A DNA stretch of 64,000 bases from Octopus bimaculoides (Eukaryota): contig NC_068996.1 in the NCBI RefSeq assembly GCF_001194135.2, forward strand, positions 24,553,591 through 24,617,590, given 5' to 3'. The translations under genes and the position numbers were made by a program. Below the pieces are notes generated by a model. The model did not search any database. It saw only the letters and a list, made by a program, of their open reading frames with translations, and had not been told where the DNA came from. How positions within the stretch are numbered: the first letter of the stretch is position 1; each line of letters begins with the position of its first letter. Below, piece after piece: positions 1 through 12,661 of the stretch.

Positions 1-610
1 TCTCCTTCTTTTTCTATAATGCTCTTCCATCAATCTGGTAGACCTGCAAGGCCCCTCTTCCAAAATTCACTTGTCCGTGAGGAAAACTACTCCTCCAGTA
101 CTGTTCTGACTTTGTCTACAGGTTTCATATTTTTTTCATCCAAATGATTTTGAAGACTGCAGAATAAATGATAATCAGATGGGGCAATGTCCAGCGAACA
201 TGGTGGTTGGGACATCGTTTTCCATTCAAACTGCTCCAGCCTTTAGAATGTCATCCTCACTGTATGTGGCCAAACATTATCCTGATGGAAGAACACCTTT
301 CATCTTGAAGCCAAAGTTGGTCATTTTTCTTCTAGCACTAACTTAAGCCGCTAAATTTGCTTGTAGGAGATATTTGTTATCGTTTGGTTTGAGTTTAAAG
401 GGTCAAAGTGGACTAAACCTTTCATATCCCACCAAACAGATAACAACATCTTATGTCGGTAAATACCTTTAGCCTGGGATGCTGGTGTTTCTCCTTTCCC
501 TACCCATTGTCTTTGGCTCTTGACATTTTTATAGAGAACCCATTTCTCGTCACCAGATGACTTCCCTTTGCAAATACTGATAGGGCACAGAAAGTGTGTC
601 AATAGCCATC
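1..610 (-). mobile_element. Decayed mariner (DD34D-type) transposase, catalytic half
   Basis: Minus-strand translation gives GDEKWVLY...LLSVWWDMKGLVHF, then FHQDNVWPH and SLDIAPSDYHLF (mariner TGDEKW, HDNARPH, YSPDLAPSDY motifs) with stops and frameshifts. Confidence 0.88.
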
Positions 611-1514
611 TGGAGGTAATGTTTTCCTGGAGCTACAAGCTACAGTACCATTGACCCTTAAGGGTTAGCCACATTTAGGTGGCAAATATACTTCACGATG
701 TCGTGCTGCTACTGTTTATATCCTGCTCAGAGATTTATTGTATAAATTTTAATATTTCCCTTAAATTATTTCCCTTTTTTTCCCCAACAATGTTTCATTT
801 AATTACAACACATTTATAAAACATTATTTTTTTTTTTATTTCCTTTGAAGAAAACTTCAGCTATTTCACATTACTTATGTCATTAATAATTTCTTAAAAG
901 TATTAAAATGTTACCATTTCTATTCACTTTTCCCTAGAAGCCAATATTGATTTATAACAAAAGGCACAAATGTTGCAGTGTGATAAGAAGTTTGCTTCCC
1001 AACTACACGGTTTTAGGTTCAGTTCCACTATGTTGCACTTTGGTTCAAGTGACTTCCACTGCAACAATGGGCTGACCAAAGACTTATGAGTGAATCTGGT
1101 AAACAGAAACCAAAAGAAGATCATTGTGTGTATGTGTGTGCATGCGTGCCTCTATGTGTTTCTATCTCCTTGCATTGACATTGCGCAATAGTTGTAAATA
1201 AGTGCACTATCATGTGAATGGCATCTTTCATTTCCAATCTTACACATCATAGGGAAATATTACATTGGTTGTGATAGTGTTCCAGACAAAATACTTAGCA
1301 GCATTTCATCTGTTTTTATGATCTGGGTTCAAATGCCTTTCATCATTTCAAGGTCAATAAAATAGGTATCAATTAAAACACTGGAATTAATGTAATCAAC
1401 TTACTGCTTCCCCAAAACTGCTGGCCGTGTACCAAAATTTTAAAACAATATTATGTCAAGTAGTTGTATGCTGTCAACTTAATGTAATAGCACCTCCACC
1501 CAGCTAAGCCTGCA

Positions 1515-1557
1515 TCCAGAGACATGTTTCTGAGTCTTTGCTCATCATCAGTCTGAA
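1515..1557 (-). ncRNA. Minimal type-I hammerhead ribozyme (Penelope-like-element type)
   Basis: Minus strand reads UUCAGA CUGAUGA UGAG caaaga CUCA GAA ACAUGU C UCUGGA: full catalytic core, 4-bp stem II, palindromic stem III, GUC cleavage triplet and 6-bp stem I (one G-U pair). Confidence 0.72.
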
Positions 1558-1644
1558 GTAGCATGACTTGCTAGTCAAAGATGCCTGTCAAGCTCTTGTA
1601 AACATATAATAATTCTAGCAAAATACATTCACTGATTTCAAAAA

Positions 1645-1917
1645 TAGAAATAATACATTTCTAAATCCCTCAAAGAGATTTATGCAGTAGTGATACAATG
1701 AAGTAGTTGTATGCTGTCGAGTTGTCTCCCCCTTGTAAACACAAGGATACAGGAAATGTGTCAAGGCCGACAGGAAGCAGTGCAGCTTCCTAGGTCTAAC
1801 CAACAGTAGTACTATTCCCTTCAGAGGACTGTCACATTAAGTTGATAGCATACAACTACTTCATTGTATCACTACTGCATAAATCTCTCTGAGAGATTTA
1901 GAAATGTATTATTTCTA
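1645..1917. repeat. Inverted repeat, 71-bp arms (1645-1715 / 1847-1917)
   Basis: Arms are reverse complements with 2 mismatches by eye; spacer 131 bp. Confidence 0.9.
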
Positions 1918-2374
1918 AATATTATTTCAGTTGGAAACAGGTGAATGCTGGCAACAGGAAGGGCATTTGGTGGCACAAAATCTGCTCCATTAAATTCTGT
2001 CCAACCAATCAATGCAACCATCAAAAAAGCAGGCATTAACCATTTAACATTTAGACCAGTCGTATCCAGCCCAAATATTTTACATGTTTTATATTTGAAC
2101 TGATCGGATGTGGTCTTTCGCACTTACCCTAAAATGTCACTCTAAAAATCAACAATCACATCATTGAAATGTTGAAGCTGTGAGATAATGCATTATTAAT
2201 TCAAAATTGTGTGAATAAATAGATATTACATTTGACTGAATAATATGAATGTTAAAGGGTAAAAACGATGATGATGACTGAACATGGGGAGATATGTGTA
2301 CACATCTTATATCAACATTCTAAAACACCGGAACTCATGTCTTATAGCACACAAGCAATGCAACATACACATTA

Positions 2375-2812
2375 TCATCATCATCATCATCGTTTAACAT
2401 CCGCTTTCCATGCTAGCATGGGTTGGACGATTTGACTGAGGACTGGCAAACCAGGTGGCTACACCAGGCTCCAATCTGATTTGGCAGAGTTTCTACAGCT
2501 GGATGCCCTTCCTAATGCCAACCACTCAGAGAGTGTAGTGGGTGCTTTTACATGCCACCGGTACAAAAGCTAGTCAGGTGGTACTGGCAACAGCCATGCT
2601 CGAAATGGTGTATTTTACGTGCCACCTGCACAGGAGCCAGTCCAGCGGCACTGGCAACGAACTCGCTCGAATGTCTTTTCACATGCCACTGGCACAAGTG
2701 CCAGGAAGTCGACGTTGGTAACGGTCACGCTCAAATGGTGCTATTTACATGCCACCGGCACGAGGCCAGGCAGCTGGTGCTCTGGCAACGATCACGCTCA
2801 GACAGTGCTCTC
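2375..2812 (-). mobile_element. 5'-truncated RTE-type LINE 3' end with (GAT)n tail
   Basis: Near-identical to the 3' UTR following the RTE ORF at 19242-19616. Other copies: ~3960-4335(+), 6738-7095(-), 7310-7500(+), 11478-11660(-), 13615-13990(-), 17900-18345(+), 31703-31946(-), 58275-58450(-). Confidence 0.85.
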
Positions 2813-3514
2813 TAAGTATAATTTTGATTTCCTTACCCTTTTTGTTAACGTCTACCTAAGAATATTCCCCATTGAAGTATTTATGTTTCAGACGGAAACT
2901 AAAGCCAGCAGAAGGGTGAAATAATCAGAAAAATGAACTAAACAGAACAAGAGACACATGAGATAGGGAGTCGGTGAAGAGGTCAGAGGTTGTGTGACGG
3001 AAGAACTTTGACAATGGAACTAAAATAATAATAATGAAGCTGAACTGAAGATCAAATATGTAGTGCATGTGATTAATTGGCAAAATAGGACCATCTCCAA
3101 GTTTAACAATATGTCTCAACACACGATTTCACATCAGGACTTCCAAAACAAATTGCATAAACGAAATAATCAGAACTATTTCAATAAATCAGAAAGTTTA
3201 ATGAAATGTTCATAAAATCATTGAACATAAGATTATCTTATTTTATAGAATAAAAGTTTGAAAAAGATTTGACTGCTATTTTCAGCAAGGCCTGTAACCA
3301 CGTAAAGAGACCTCCTTCGTTGCTCCATTTTCATTTATTCTGAACTAAAAGGAAGTTAGCTCCCCTTAGTGAAGAACATAGATGGACTTGACTGATGGTA
3401 GTTAACTCCCTTAGATGTTTTTAAACTGTTTTTTTTTAAGTTTGGTTACCTCCCTTAATTAATGTTACTAACTATTCGTGTTTTCTATTTAAATACGTGT
3501 TATATCTGGATAGA

Positions 3515-3735
3515 AAGACGACGAGCCGGCAGAATTGTTAGCACATCAGGAAAAATACATAGCAGTACTTCATCAATCTTTACGTTCGAGTTCAGATTCC
3601 ACCAATGTCGACTTTGCTTTTCATTCTTTCGGATGTCGATAAAATAAGTACCAGTTGAGCACTGGGTCGGTGTAATTGACTTCCCCCGCCTCCGAAATTG
3701 CTGGCCTTGTGTCAAAATTTGAAACCAATTTATCT
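3515..3735 (+). mobile_element. tRNA-derived SINE, family 2
   Basis: Head gacgacgagccggcagaattgttagca with B-box-like gagttcagattcc. Other copies: 14860-14975(-), 44960-45610(-, three tandem decayed copies), 55304-55445(-), 56292-56542(-), 59060-59260(-). Confidence 0.75.
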
Positions 3736-4336
3736 TGTCTGTGAGTGTTTTGTGCAACTGTATATATTAATCGCGTATGTTGATTGTATATATAGATATA
3801 TATATGTGTGTGCATGTGAGTATATTATGCATGTCTGTAGAGTTTTGTGAATATGAGAATGAACTTATATATATCTAGGTCAAATATATTGTGTGTGATG
3901 TAATGTGTGAAAGGAGCTATAAATATTCATGTGTTTGTTTACTATAAAAGAGAGTATATCTATGTGTGTGTATATGGAATTTCTTCGAGCGAGATCGTTG
4001 CCGGTGCCCCTGAGCTGGCTCTTGTGTGGGGTTGTTGTAGGATTTTCGAGCGGGATCGTTGCCGGTGCCCCTGGGCTGTTTCTTGTGTGGGTGACACATG
4101 AGGTTTCTCGAGCGAGATGAGCGTGGCCGTTGCCAGTACCGCCTGACTGGCCTTCGTGCGGGTGACACGTAAAAGCACCCACTACACTCTCTGAGTGGTT
4201 GGCGTTAGGAAGGGCATCCAGCTGTAGAAACTCTGCCAAATCAGATTGGAGCCTGGTGTAGCCATCTGGTTTCACCAGTCTTCAGTCAAATCGTCCAACC
4301 CATGCTAGCATGGAAAGCGGACGTTAAACGACGATG

Positions 4337-4380
<44 letters not shown>

Positions 4381-4809
4381 GATAGATACATACATGATAC
4401 ATGCAAGCCAAATATAATATGTGTGTATGTAGAGAGAGAGAGATTATTGGCAGGGGAGCAGCTTGTCACCAAAACCACTGAGGGAAACACTCATTTGAGG
4501 AAATCTGCAATCACTACAGAAACAACAAGAAAAATTATCAACGATATCTGACATGTAAATGAAGACTTCCTCTAAATTTATGATGGGCCCTCGGCAAAGT
4601 CAAGAAACTGCTTAGCCTTAATGAAAAGTTCATTTCTGAGCACCAAAGAAAAACTCAAATTGTCACTCGGGGCATTTGAACTCTGTATAAGTGTGCAACA
4701 CAATTCACCTGCTTCATGAACTTGACCACTACTCACTGAGTTTTCTGGTGGGTAAGTAAAATATACTGGACTGAAAGCAGGAAGATCTGCAGGGAGAATA
4801 AGACAATTT

Positions 4810-5310
4810 TGTATTCTGACTGACTGAATTATAACAGCTTGATTCAAGACCCAATTCTCAAAGGCAATAGTGATCCAGGTGTATACATGAACCAAAGATG
4901 CAAAGGATGGTGACAAATAAGTGTTTTATGAACAACAGCAGGACACATGTATTGAAGTTCCAAGTCAGGACATTAAGCTGATCATGGGAGACTGGAAGGC
5001 ACAAAACTGGATAGTAACAGAACTGGTTTCAAACATATAGAAAGCTCCTCTGGCCAAGTGATCAGTCAGCAGAAAACGAACAACAGTAAGCAATTCCAAG
5101 GTTTTTGCAGAATCAGTAGCCTGAGTATTGGTAACTTCTTTTTTACTCATCATAGCATCCACAGGAAAACATGATATTCACCAGATGGAAGTGTTGAAGA
5201 TGAAATCGACTACATCTGCATCAGCACAAAGTGGCATTCAGCACCAAGAGATGTCAAAGTGTGCAGAGACACAGACATAGCATCAGATCATCACCTTCTT
5301 CAGGCAGTGC
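4810..5310 (+). mobile_element. Decayed RTE-clade LINE apurinic-endonuclease fragment
   Basis: Translation IVIQVYT*TKDA..FYEQQQ..DIKLIMGDWKA..SPDGSVEDEIDYICIS..DVKVCRDTDIASDHHLL reproduces the APE motifs (IQVYAPT, GDFNA, IDY, SDH) with stops. Confidence 0.85.
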
Positions 5311-5543
5311 CTATATATATATANNNNNNNNNNNNNNNNNNNNNNNNNNNNNNNNNNNNNNNNNNNNNNNNNNNNNNNNNNNNNNNNNNNNNNNNNNNNN
5401 NNNNNNNNNNNNNNNNNNNNNNNNNNNNNNNNNNNNNNNNNNNNNNNNNNNNNNNNNNNNNNNNNNNNNNNNNNNNNNNNNNNNNNNNNNNNNNNNNNNN
5501 NNNNNNNNNNNNNNNNNNNNNNNNNNNNNNNNNNNNNNNNNNN

Positions 5544-5583
<40 letters not shown>

Positions 5584-7699
5584 GAACAAAAATAAAATGG
5601 AAAAAGAATGTAACAGGCAACAACAAAACATCCAGACAGTTAAACGATACAAAGAAGGACACGTAAAAACAAGGCTGGGTCATTCAGAGCCTTCTATCAT
5701 CAGTCGAGTTCCAGATCATCCCTGCAGTTTTGGCCAGTTACATTCGAGACTGCTTCAATCTGGCCGGCCCCATAAAAATCTAAGCAAAGAGCACTAGATT
5801 TTTTGGTAGAAAGCAAGCAAATGTATACGAAAACAAGGACATTAAAAAAACGGAGAAATGTTACACAATTACAAATACAAACAAGACAATAACAACAGGT
5901 GTCTTTCGACTAAAGATGAATTAAATTAAGCTGGCGTTTGTGCAGTGAAGTCTTATGGCAGGAACATAAGAGATGGAAGTCAGGGGACGAAATATAAGAG
6001 ATGTCACAAGGATGGATGTCGAACTAAGAAAGAAAGGTCAGACTTGGCACAACACTGGTCACATGGAAGGAGAGGAGAGAGGTAGGGGACAGAGGGATTG
6101 AAGAATTAGGGAGGGATAAGAAAGAGAGGAAAAGAAATGAAAGGGACATAGAGAAAGGTACAAGGAAGGTAAAAGAGGATGGAAAGTGATGAGAATGAAG
6201 GCAAGGCCAAGAAATGTGAGAGAGGGTGAGCGAGAAAAAGAAAGGAAAGAAAGTAGACAGTGTGAAGGGGTCCAAAAGGAAAGGTAAAAGAGTAAAAGAG
6301 TCGTACAGAATTTAGATATTGGTCTAAATATATATATATATATATATATATATANNNNNNNNNNNNNNNNNNNNNNNNNNNNNNNNNNNNNNNNNNNNNN
6401 NNNNNNNNNNNNNNNNNNNNNNNNNNNNNNNNNNNNNNNNNNNNNNNNNNNNNNNNNNNNNNNNNNNNNNNNNNNNNNNNNNNNNNNNNNNNNNNNNNNN
6501 NNNNNNNNNNNNNNNNNNNNNNNNNNNNNNNNNNNNNNNNNNNNNNNNNNNNNNNNNNNNNNNNNNNNNNNNNNNNNNNNNNNNNNNNNNNNNNNNNNNN
6601 NNNNNNNNNNNNNNNNNNNNNNNNNNNNNNNNNNNNNNNNNNNNNNNNNNNNNNNNNNNNNNNNNNNNNNNNNNNNNNNNNNNNNNNNNNNNNNNNNNNN
6701 NNNNNNNNNNNNNNNNNNNNNNNNNNNNNNNNNNNNNATCATCATCATCATCGTTTAACGTCCGCTTTCCATGCTAGCATGGGTTGGACGATTTGACTGA
6801 GGACTGGTGAAACCAGATGGCTACACCAGGCTTCAATCTGATTTGGCAGAGTTTCTACAGCTGGATGCCCTCCCTAACGCCAACCACTCCGAGAGTGTAG
6901 TGGGTGCTTTTACGTGCCACCGGCACGAAGGCCAGTCAGGTGGTACTGGCAATGGTCACGCTCAAAATGGCGACGCTGGTAACGATCATGCTCGAACAGT
7001 GGTGCCATCACGATTTCGCTTTCGCTTGCCCCAACAGGTCTTTGCAAGCCAAGTTTAGTGTCCAACGCAGATGTTGGCATGGGGGCCCCCACCAGCTCAA
7101 TCCAACACAAAGAATATATATAAATCTATATAAAAGCCTAATTTGTGATTTCAAAAGGATTATATTTCATTTTGTTTGAATTAATTAGGCTTGGAAACAA
7201 GTTGTAGAGTTTCTATTGGATATAGAGTTTCTATTGGAATAAAGTAACATCTACACTTCTATTTTCCCTTTCCTTATTATACTGTATGTATATATATATA
7301 TATATTATAATTTGACACGTAAAAGCAACCACTACACTCTCTGAGTGGTTGGCGTTAGGAAGGGCATCCAGCTGTAGAAACTCTGCCAAATTAGATTGGA
7401 GCCTGGTGTTGCCATCCGGTTTCACCAGTCCTCAGTCAAATCGTCCAACCCATGCTAGCCTGGAAAGCGGACGTTAAACGATGATGATGATGATGATGAC
7501 ATACACACACACACACAAGAATACACACATGAGTATGTATCTGTGTGTATGTGTGAAGCTAAATATAAAAAAGGAAAGAAATATCAAAAAATGCATAAAT
7601 AAAAGGTTATGTTGTACAATTGAGTAAAATCAAGGCCCATAGAAATTGTTTGTCATGAAAGAAATAAGCTTAATAGAAGCAATGACTTTCAAAAGAAGC

Positions 7700-8000
<301 letters not shown>

Positions 8001-8869
8001 ATGTATGCATGTATTTCGTAAATAACACCTGGTCATACCACTGTCACTTCTCTTTACTTAACTCCACTGGAAGGACACCTACTACTACAACCACCACCAA
8101 TGCTACCACNNNNNNNNNNNNNNNNNNNNNNNNNNNNNNNNNNNNNNNNNNNNNNNNNNNNNNNNNNNNNNNNNNNNNNNNNNNNNNNNNNNNNNNNNNN
8201 NNNNNNNNNNNNNNNNNNNNNNNNNNNNNNNNNNNNNNNNNNNNNNNNNNNNNNNNNNNNNNNNNNNNNNNNNNNNNNNNNNNNNNNNNNNNNNNNNNNN
8301 NNNNNNNNNNNNNNNNNNNNNNNNNNNNNNNNNNNNNNNNNNNNNNNNNNNNNNNNNNNNNNNNNNNNNNNNNNNNNNNNNNNNNNNNNNNNNNNNNNNN
8401 NNNNNNNNNNNNNNNNNNNNNNNNNNNNNNNNNNNNNNNNNNNNNNNNNNNNNNNNNNNNNNNNNNNNNNNNNNNNNNNNNNNNNNNNNNNNNNNNNNNN
8501 NNNNNNNNNNNNNNNNNNNNNNNNNNNNNNNNNNNNNNNNNNNNNNNNNNNNNNNNNNNNNNNNNNNNNNNNNNNNNNNNNNNNNNNNNNNNNNNNNNNN
8601 NNNNNNNNNNNNNNNNNNNNNNNNNNNNNNNNNNNNNNNNNNNNNNNNNNNNNNNNNNNNNNNNNNNNNNNNNNNNNNNNNNNNNNNNNNNNNNNNNNNN
8701 NNNNNNNNNNNNNNNNNNNNNNNNNNNNNNNNNNNNNNNNNNNNNNNNNNNNNNNNNNNNNNNNNNNNNNNNNNNNNNNNNNNNNNNNNNNNNNNNNNNN
8801 NNNNNNNNNNNNNNNNNNNNNNNNNNNNNNNNNNNNNNGCTCTGAGGTAAAGTGTTCCTTTGGAAGTAA

Positions 8870-9115
8870 TAATAAAAAAAGAGAAAAGAAGGAAAGAAGG
8901 AAGGAAGGAAGGAAGGAAGGAAAGAAGGAAGGAAGGAAGGAAGGAAGGAAGGAAGGAAAGAAGGAAAGGGTTGGTGAGAGAGAAACAAATAACAAATAGA
9001 CACAACAAAGAGAATGAAACAGAAAGAAAGAAAAGGAGCAAGAAGAAAGAAATAAAGAATATATAAAGAAGAAGGAAATAAAAAAAAATAGAAAAAATAA
9101 GAAAGAAAGAACCAA
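8870..9115 (+). repeat. Polypurine (GGAA)n/(GAAA)n tract
   Basis: Seen directly; a similar GA-rich tract lies at 6060-6300. Confidence 0.9.
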
Positions 9116-9369
9116 TTATGATATTTTTATCTTGGACACATCAAACATTACAGAAAAAGAATCAAGAATCTTTTAAAGAAATGGTCTGAACTTAACCAAA
9201 AAAAAGCTGCTTTCTTCCTCGTAGAATTTTGTTGTTGTAGCTGTCTAGACCCAAGTCATGGAAATAGGAAAAAGAGATTTTTACAATGTGAGAATGGCTG
9301 AAATAGATCTTAATTAATTGCTATGAAGTTTAGGCTGCATACTGTCCCTAATTAAAACCAACTCTTGAG

Positions 9370-9608
9370 TGGTGTTTTTCTTTTATCTTTTACTTGTTTC
9401 AGTCATTTGACTGGGTGGCCATGCTGGGGCTACACCTTGGGAATTTTTTTAGCCAAACTAATCGACTCTAGTACTTATTTTCTTTCTAAGCCTGGTGCTA
9501 ATTTTATCAGTTCCTTTTGCCAAACTGCTAAGCTATATAAACACACCAATACCAGTTGTCAAGCAATGATGGGGGACAAACTCTGATGCAAACACACACA
9601 CACACATA

Positions 9609-9652
<44 letters not shown>

Positions 9653-9812
9653 ATGAGCTTCTTTCAGTTTCTGCCTACCAAATCCACTCACCAGGCTTTG
9701 GTCATTCCAATGTTAGAGTAGAAGATACTTGCCTGAGGTGCCACACAGTGGGACTGAACTAGGAATCACATGGTTGAGAAGCAAATTCCTTACCACACAG
9801 CCATGCCTGCAT
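9370..9812 (-). mobile_element. tRNA-derived SINE, family 1 (diverged copy)
   Basis: Reverse complement of the element at 14334-14742, including the central (CA)n tract. Confidence 0.8.
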
Positions 9813-9984
9813 CTATGTTTAATAAACATTTATCTATACATTTGTACGTCACAATATTTATATACTGGGTGTTTGAGCTAAATTTGACAATTTACATAAA
9901 AGGAAAAAAAAAACACGATATCACATCCAAAAATAAAAGTATTTTTAAAGAATTGAGAAACAGCAACTAGATTATGGATGTGAG

Positions 9985-10560
9985 ATAACAATTTGCTTAA
10001 AGCAACCTCCCTCAGTTTCCTCTATAGCTTCAAGATGGTTCCAGAACCTGGCACATGCATTCCTTACTGTGTCCCTCAGAAGATTTTATGAACTACTCCT
10101 TGATTTTGGTCACAAGTTCAGATTTGGTTTTGCAGAGTGGATGGTGAATTTTTCAGCTGTGCCCCACACAGAGTAAGCCATGGGATGACAAGAGTGGGGA
10201 ATTAGAAGACCAGAAACTGGGGCTGGTGGAATAGAAATTTTCCAATAACCACTTCTGATTCTTTCTAGAGGTATGGCAAGGAACCAAAATCCTGCTACTA
10301 CACATATGACTTTCTAGCCAGATCCTTCTCCAGTCAAGGTTTGACCACATAGCTGTCTGAATTGAACCTTAAGACCCTGTTCAAAGCTGTGGGGCAATAA
10401 GATGTCACTCTCACTGGAGACACATCCAATGACCAGCTGGCCACAATTTCATACTCTCCATTGTGGATGTCCATGTCATGTCTTACAACCTTTACGGTGT
10501 TCACAGAGCATTGAGCATCAGTCATGATGCCAACTTTGTGATACAAGTAACTCTTTCCAT
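9985..10560 (-). mobile_element. Decayed Tc1/mariner-superfamily transposase (probably DD37D/maT-like), C-terminal part
   Basis: Minus-strand remnants VLRFNSDSYVVKPW, CHTSRKNQKWLLENF..FWSSNSP, CKTKSELVTKIKE..TVRNACARFWNHLEA. A plus-strand piece VSSEGDIMLPHIFEQGLRF lies at ~10990-11070. Confidence 0.65.
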
Positions 10561-10749
10561 ATATTCAGATGACTTCCAATCCTCCATATCAGCAAACATT
10601 TTCTCAACTATATCTATTATTCTTATGCTCTGCAATGCTGTTGACTGATCACCAATATATCAAGCTGTTCCTGAAAAAAGGAGATATAAAAGAAATTATC
10701 AAATTTAGCCCAAACACCCTGTATACACACACACACAGACAGACAGACA

Positions 10750-10791
<42 letters not shown>

Positions 10792-11901
10792 AACACACAT
10801 ACACATATATGTATGTATACAAACTATGGGGGTTTAGCTCACAAGTGACTAGGTACGCTTGGTAGGTGCCATAACAGATTACCAGGGCTCCAAGCTCATA
10901 GCCAAGACAGAAGTTATGGAACCATTATAGATTTCCAATATAGCGGATATATAATTGTTAAAGAGGACAACAAACGCAAAGGCACGACAAACATCAGGTC
11001 ATTGGGTGTGTTTCCAGTGAGGGTGACATCATGTTGCCCCACATCTTTGAACAGGGTCTTAGGTTCATACGTTGTTATTATTATTATTAGAAAAAATTTA
11101 AAGCCTTACAGCCATTTCTGGGATATCCCAAAATATGGGATATTCCATCATCGAAGACAAATAGGGAAAATGTGAAGGGTATAGACTAAGGAAATGATGA
11201 AATGAAGGACTGAAGAAGAAGAATAAAGAAATGAAGAAAAAGAAGAAAAAAGAAGCATAAAAGTTTACAGTTCAACTTCCCGATAGTGTAGATATTAGAC
11301 CTGGGAATTCATATAAGTGACAATACATCAGTCTGTTTGCATAGCAATGAGACAACAACAATATGAACAGCAATGTGCCAAAATTATTCAGAACACAGAA
11401 AAAGGGAACTATGTTGGTCTCATGGACAACATTCATTCTCAGTCACTTGAGTTACTACTCTCAATTATAGTAACCACATCATCATCATTTAACGTCCACT
11501 TTCCATGCTAGCATGGGTTGGACGATTTGACTGACGACTGGTGAAACCAGATGGCTACACCAGGCTCCAATTTGATTTGGCAGAGTTTCTATAGCTGGAT
11601 GCCCTTCCTAACGCCAACCACTCAAAGAGTGTAGTGGGTGCTTTTACGTGCCACTGGCACAGTATCAAATTTACAGCAGAAATCAAAACAATCCAGACCA
11701 AGAAGATGGACTTTGTATGATATGCAGTCATTTTTTTACTATATAAATATATATACACACACATATACAAGGGATGCACCACAACTAGTTGTATAGTATC
11801 CTACCTGCAAGGGATCAATGCAGGATGTGTCAAAATGATTGTTATAAGCAATAAAGTTGCCCATGTATTCCCTTTTCTGTCCCTATCGTTGGTTTTATAT
11901 G

Positions 11902-11949
<48 letters not shown>

Positions 11950-12577
11950 TGTATGTATGTATGTATGTATGTGTGTGTGTTTGTATATGTGTGTGTGTGT
12001 ATGTATGTATGTGTATAAATATATATACACATATATATATGTAACTATTTGGACTTTGTGTGTATGTCTATTAGAATGCCAATTAAAGCACAGTCACTGT
12101 TTGGGCTACCTGATGTCATCCATGTAGAATGAGCAAGAACAACATGCCAATGAGAACTCGGAATATCTAGTAGGATGTCTTTTTTTTTACACCAGGTACC
12201 TGAAGTAACACAGCCTGTACTGATTGATGCAATGCTACTAGATGCACAATATCCTATCCCTAAGGGACAGCTGCAGGATGGGTCAAAACAATTGTTCTGG
12301 ATAAAGATTCATACTAAATCCATTTTCAGCTCCCTTCATCAATAATATATATATGTAATTATATATATATATTTTGGAGTGCACCCGTCGAAACATATAT
12401 AGAGGACTTCATGATATAAGTGGATTAACAACATCTCAAGCATTCATCTCCTTTTCATATTGTAATATTTTCAACTAAATAAATCTTACTAGCCTGGGAT
12501 TATTTCCTGGGACACTTAAGCAACTTTTAGCTACATTGTGATTGTTCCCCTAGATTTCTCCTATTAATTGTAAACTC

Positions 12578-12613
<36 letters not shown>

Positions 12614-12629
12614 TACATACATACATACA

Positions 12630-12661
<32 letters not shown>

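Noticed and set aside
6807-7058. Recurrent MKPDGYTRLQSDLAEFLQLDALPNANH ORFs
   Set aside because: Antisense reading of the RTE 3' UTR repeat, with inconsistent lengths and frameshifts between copies.
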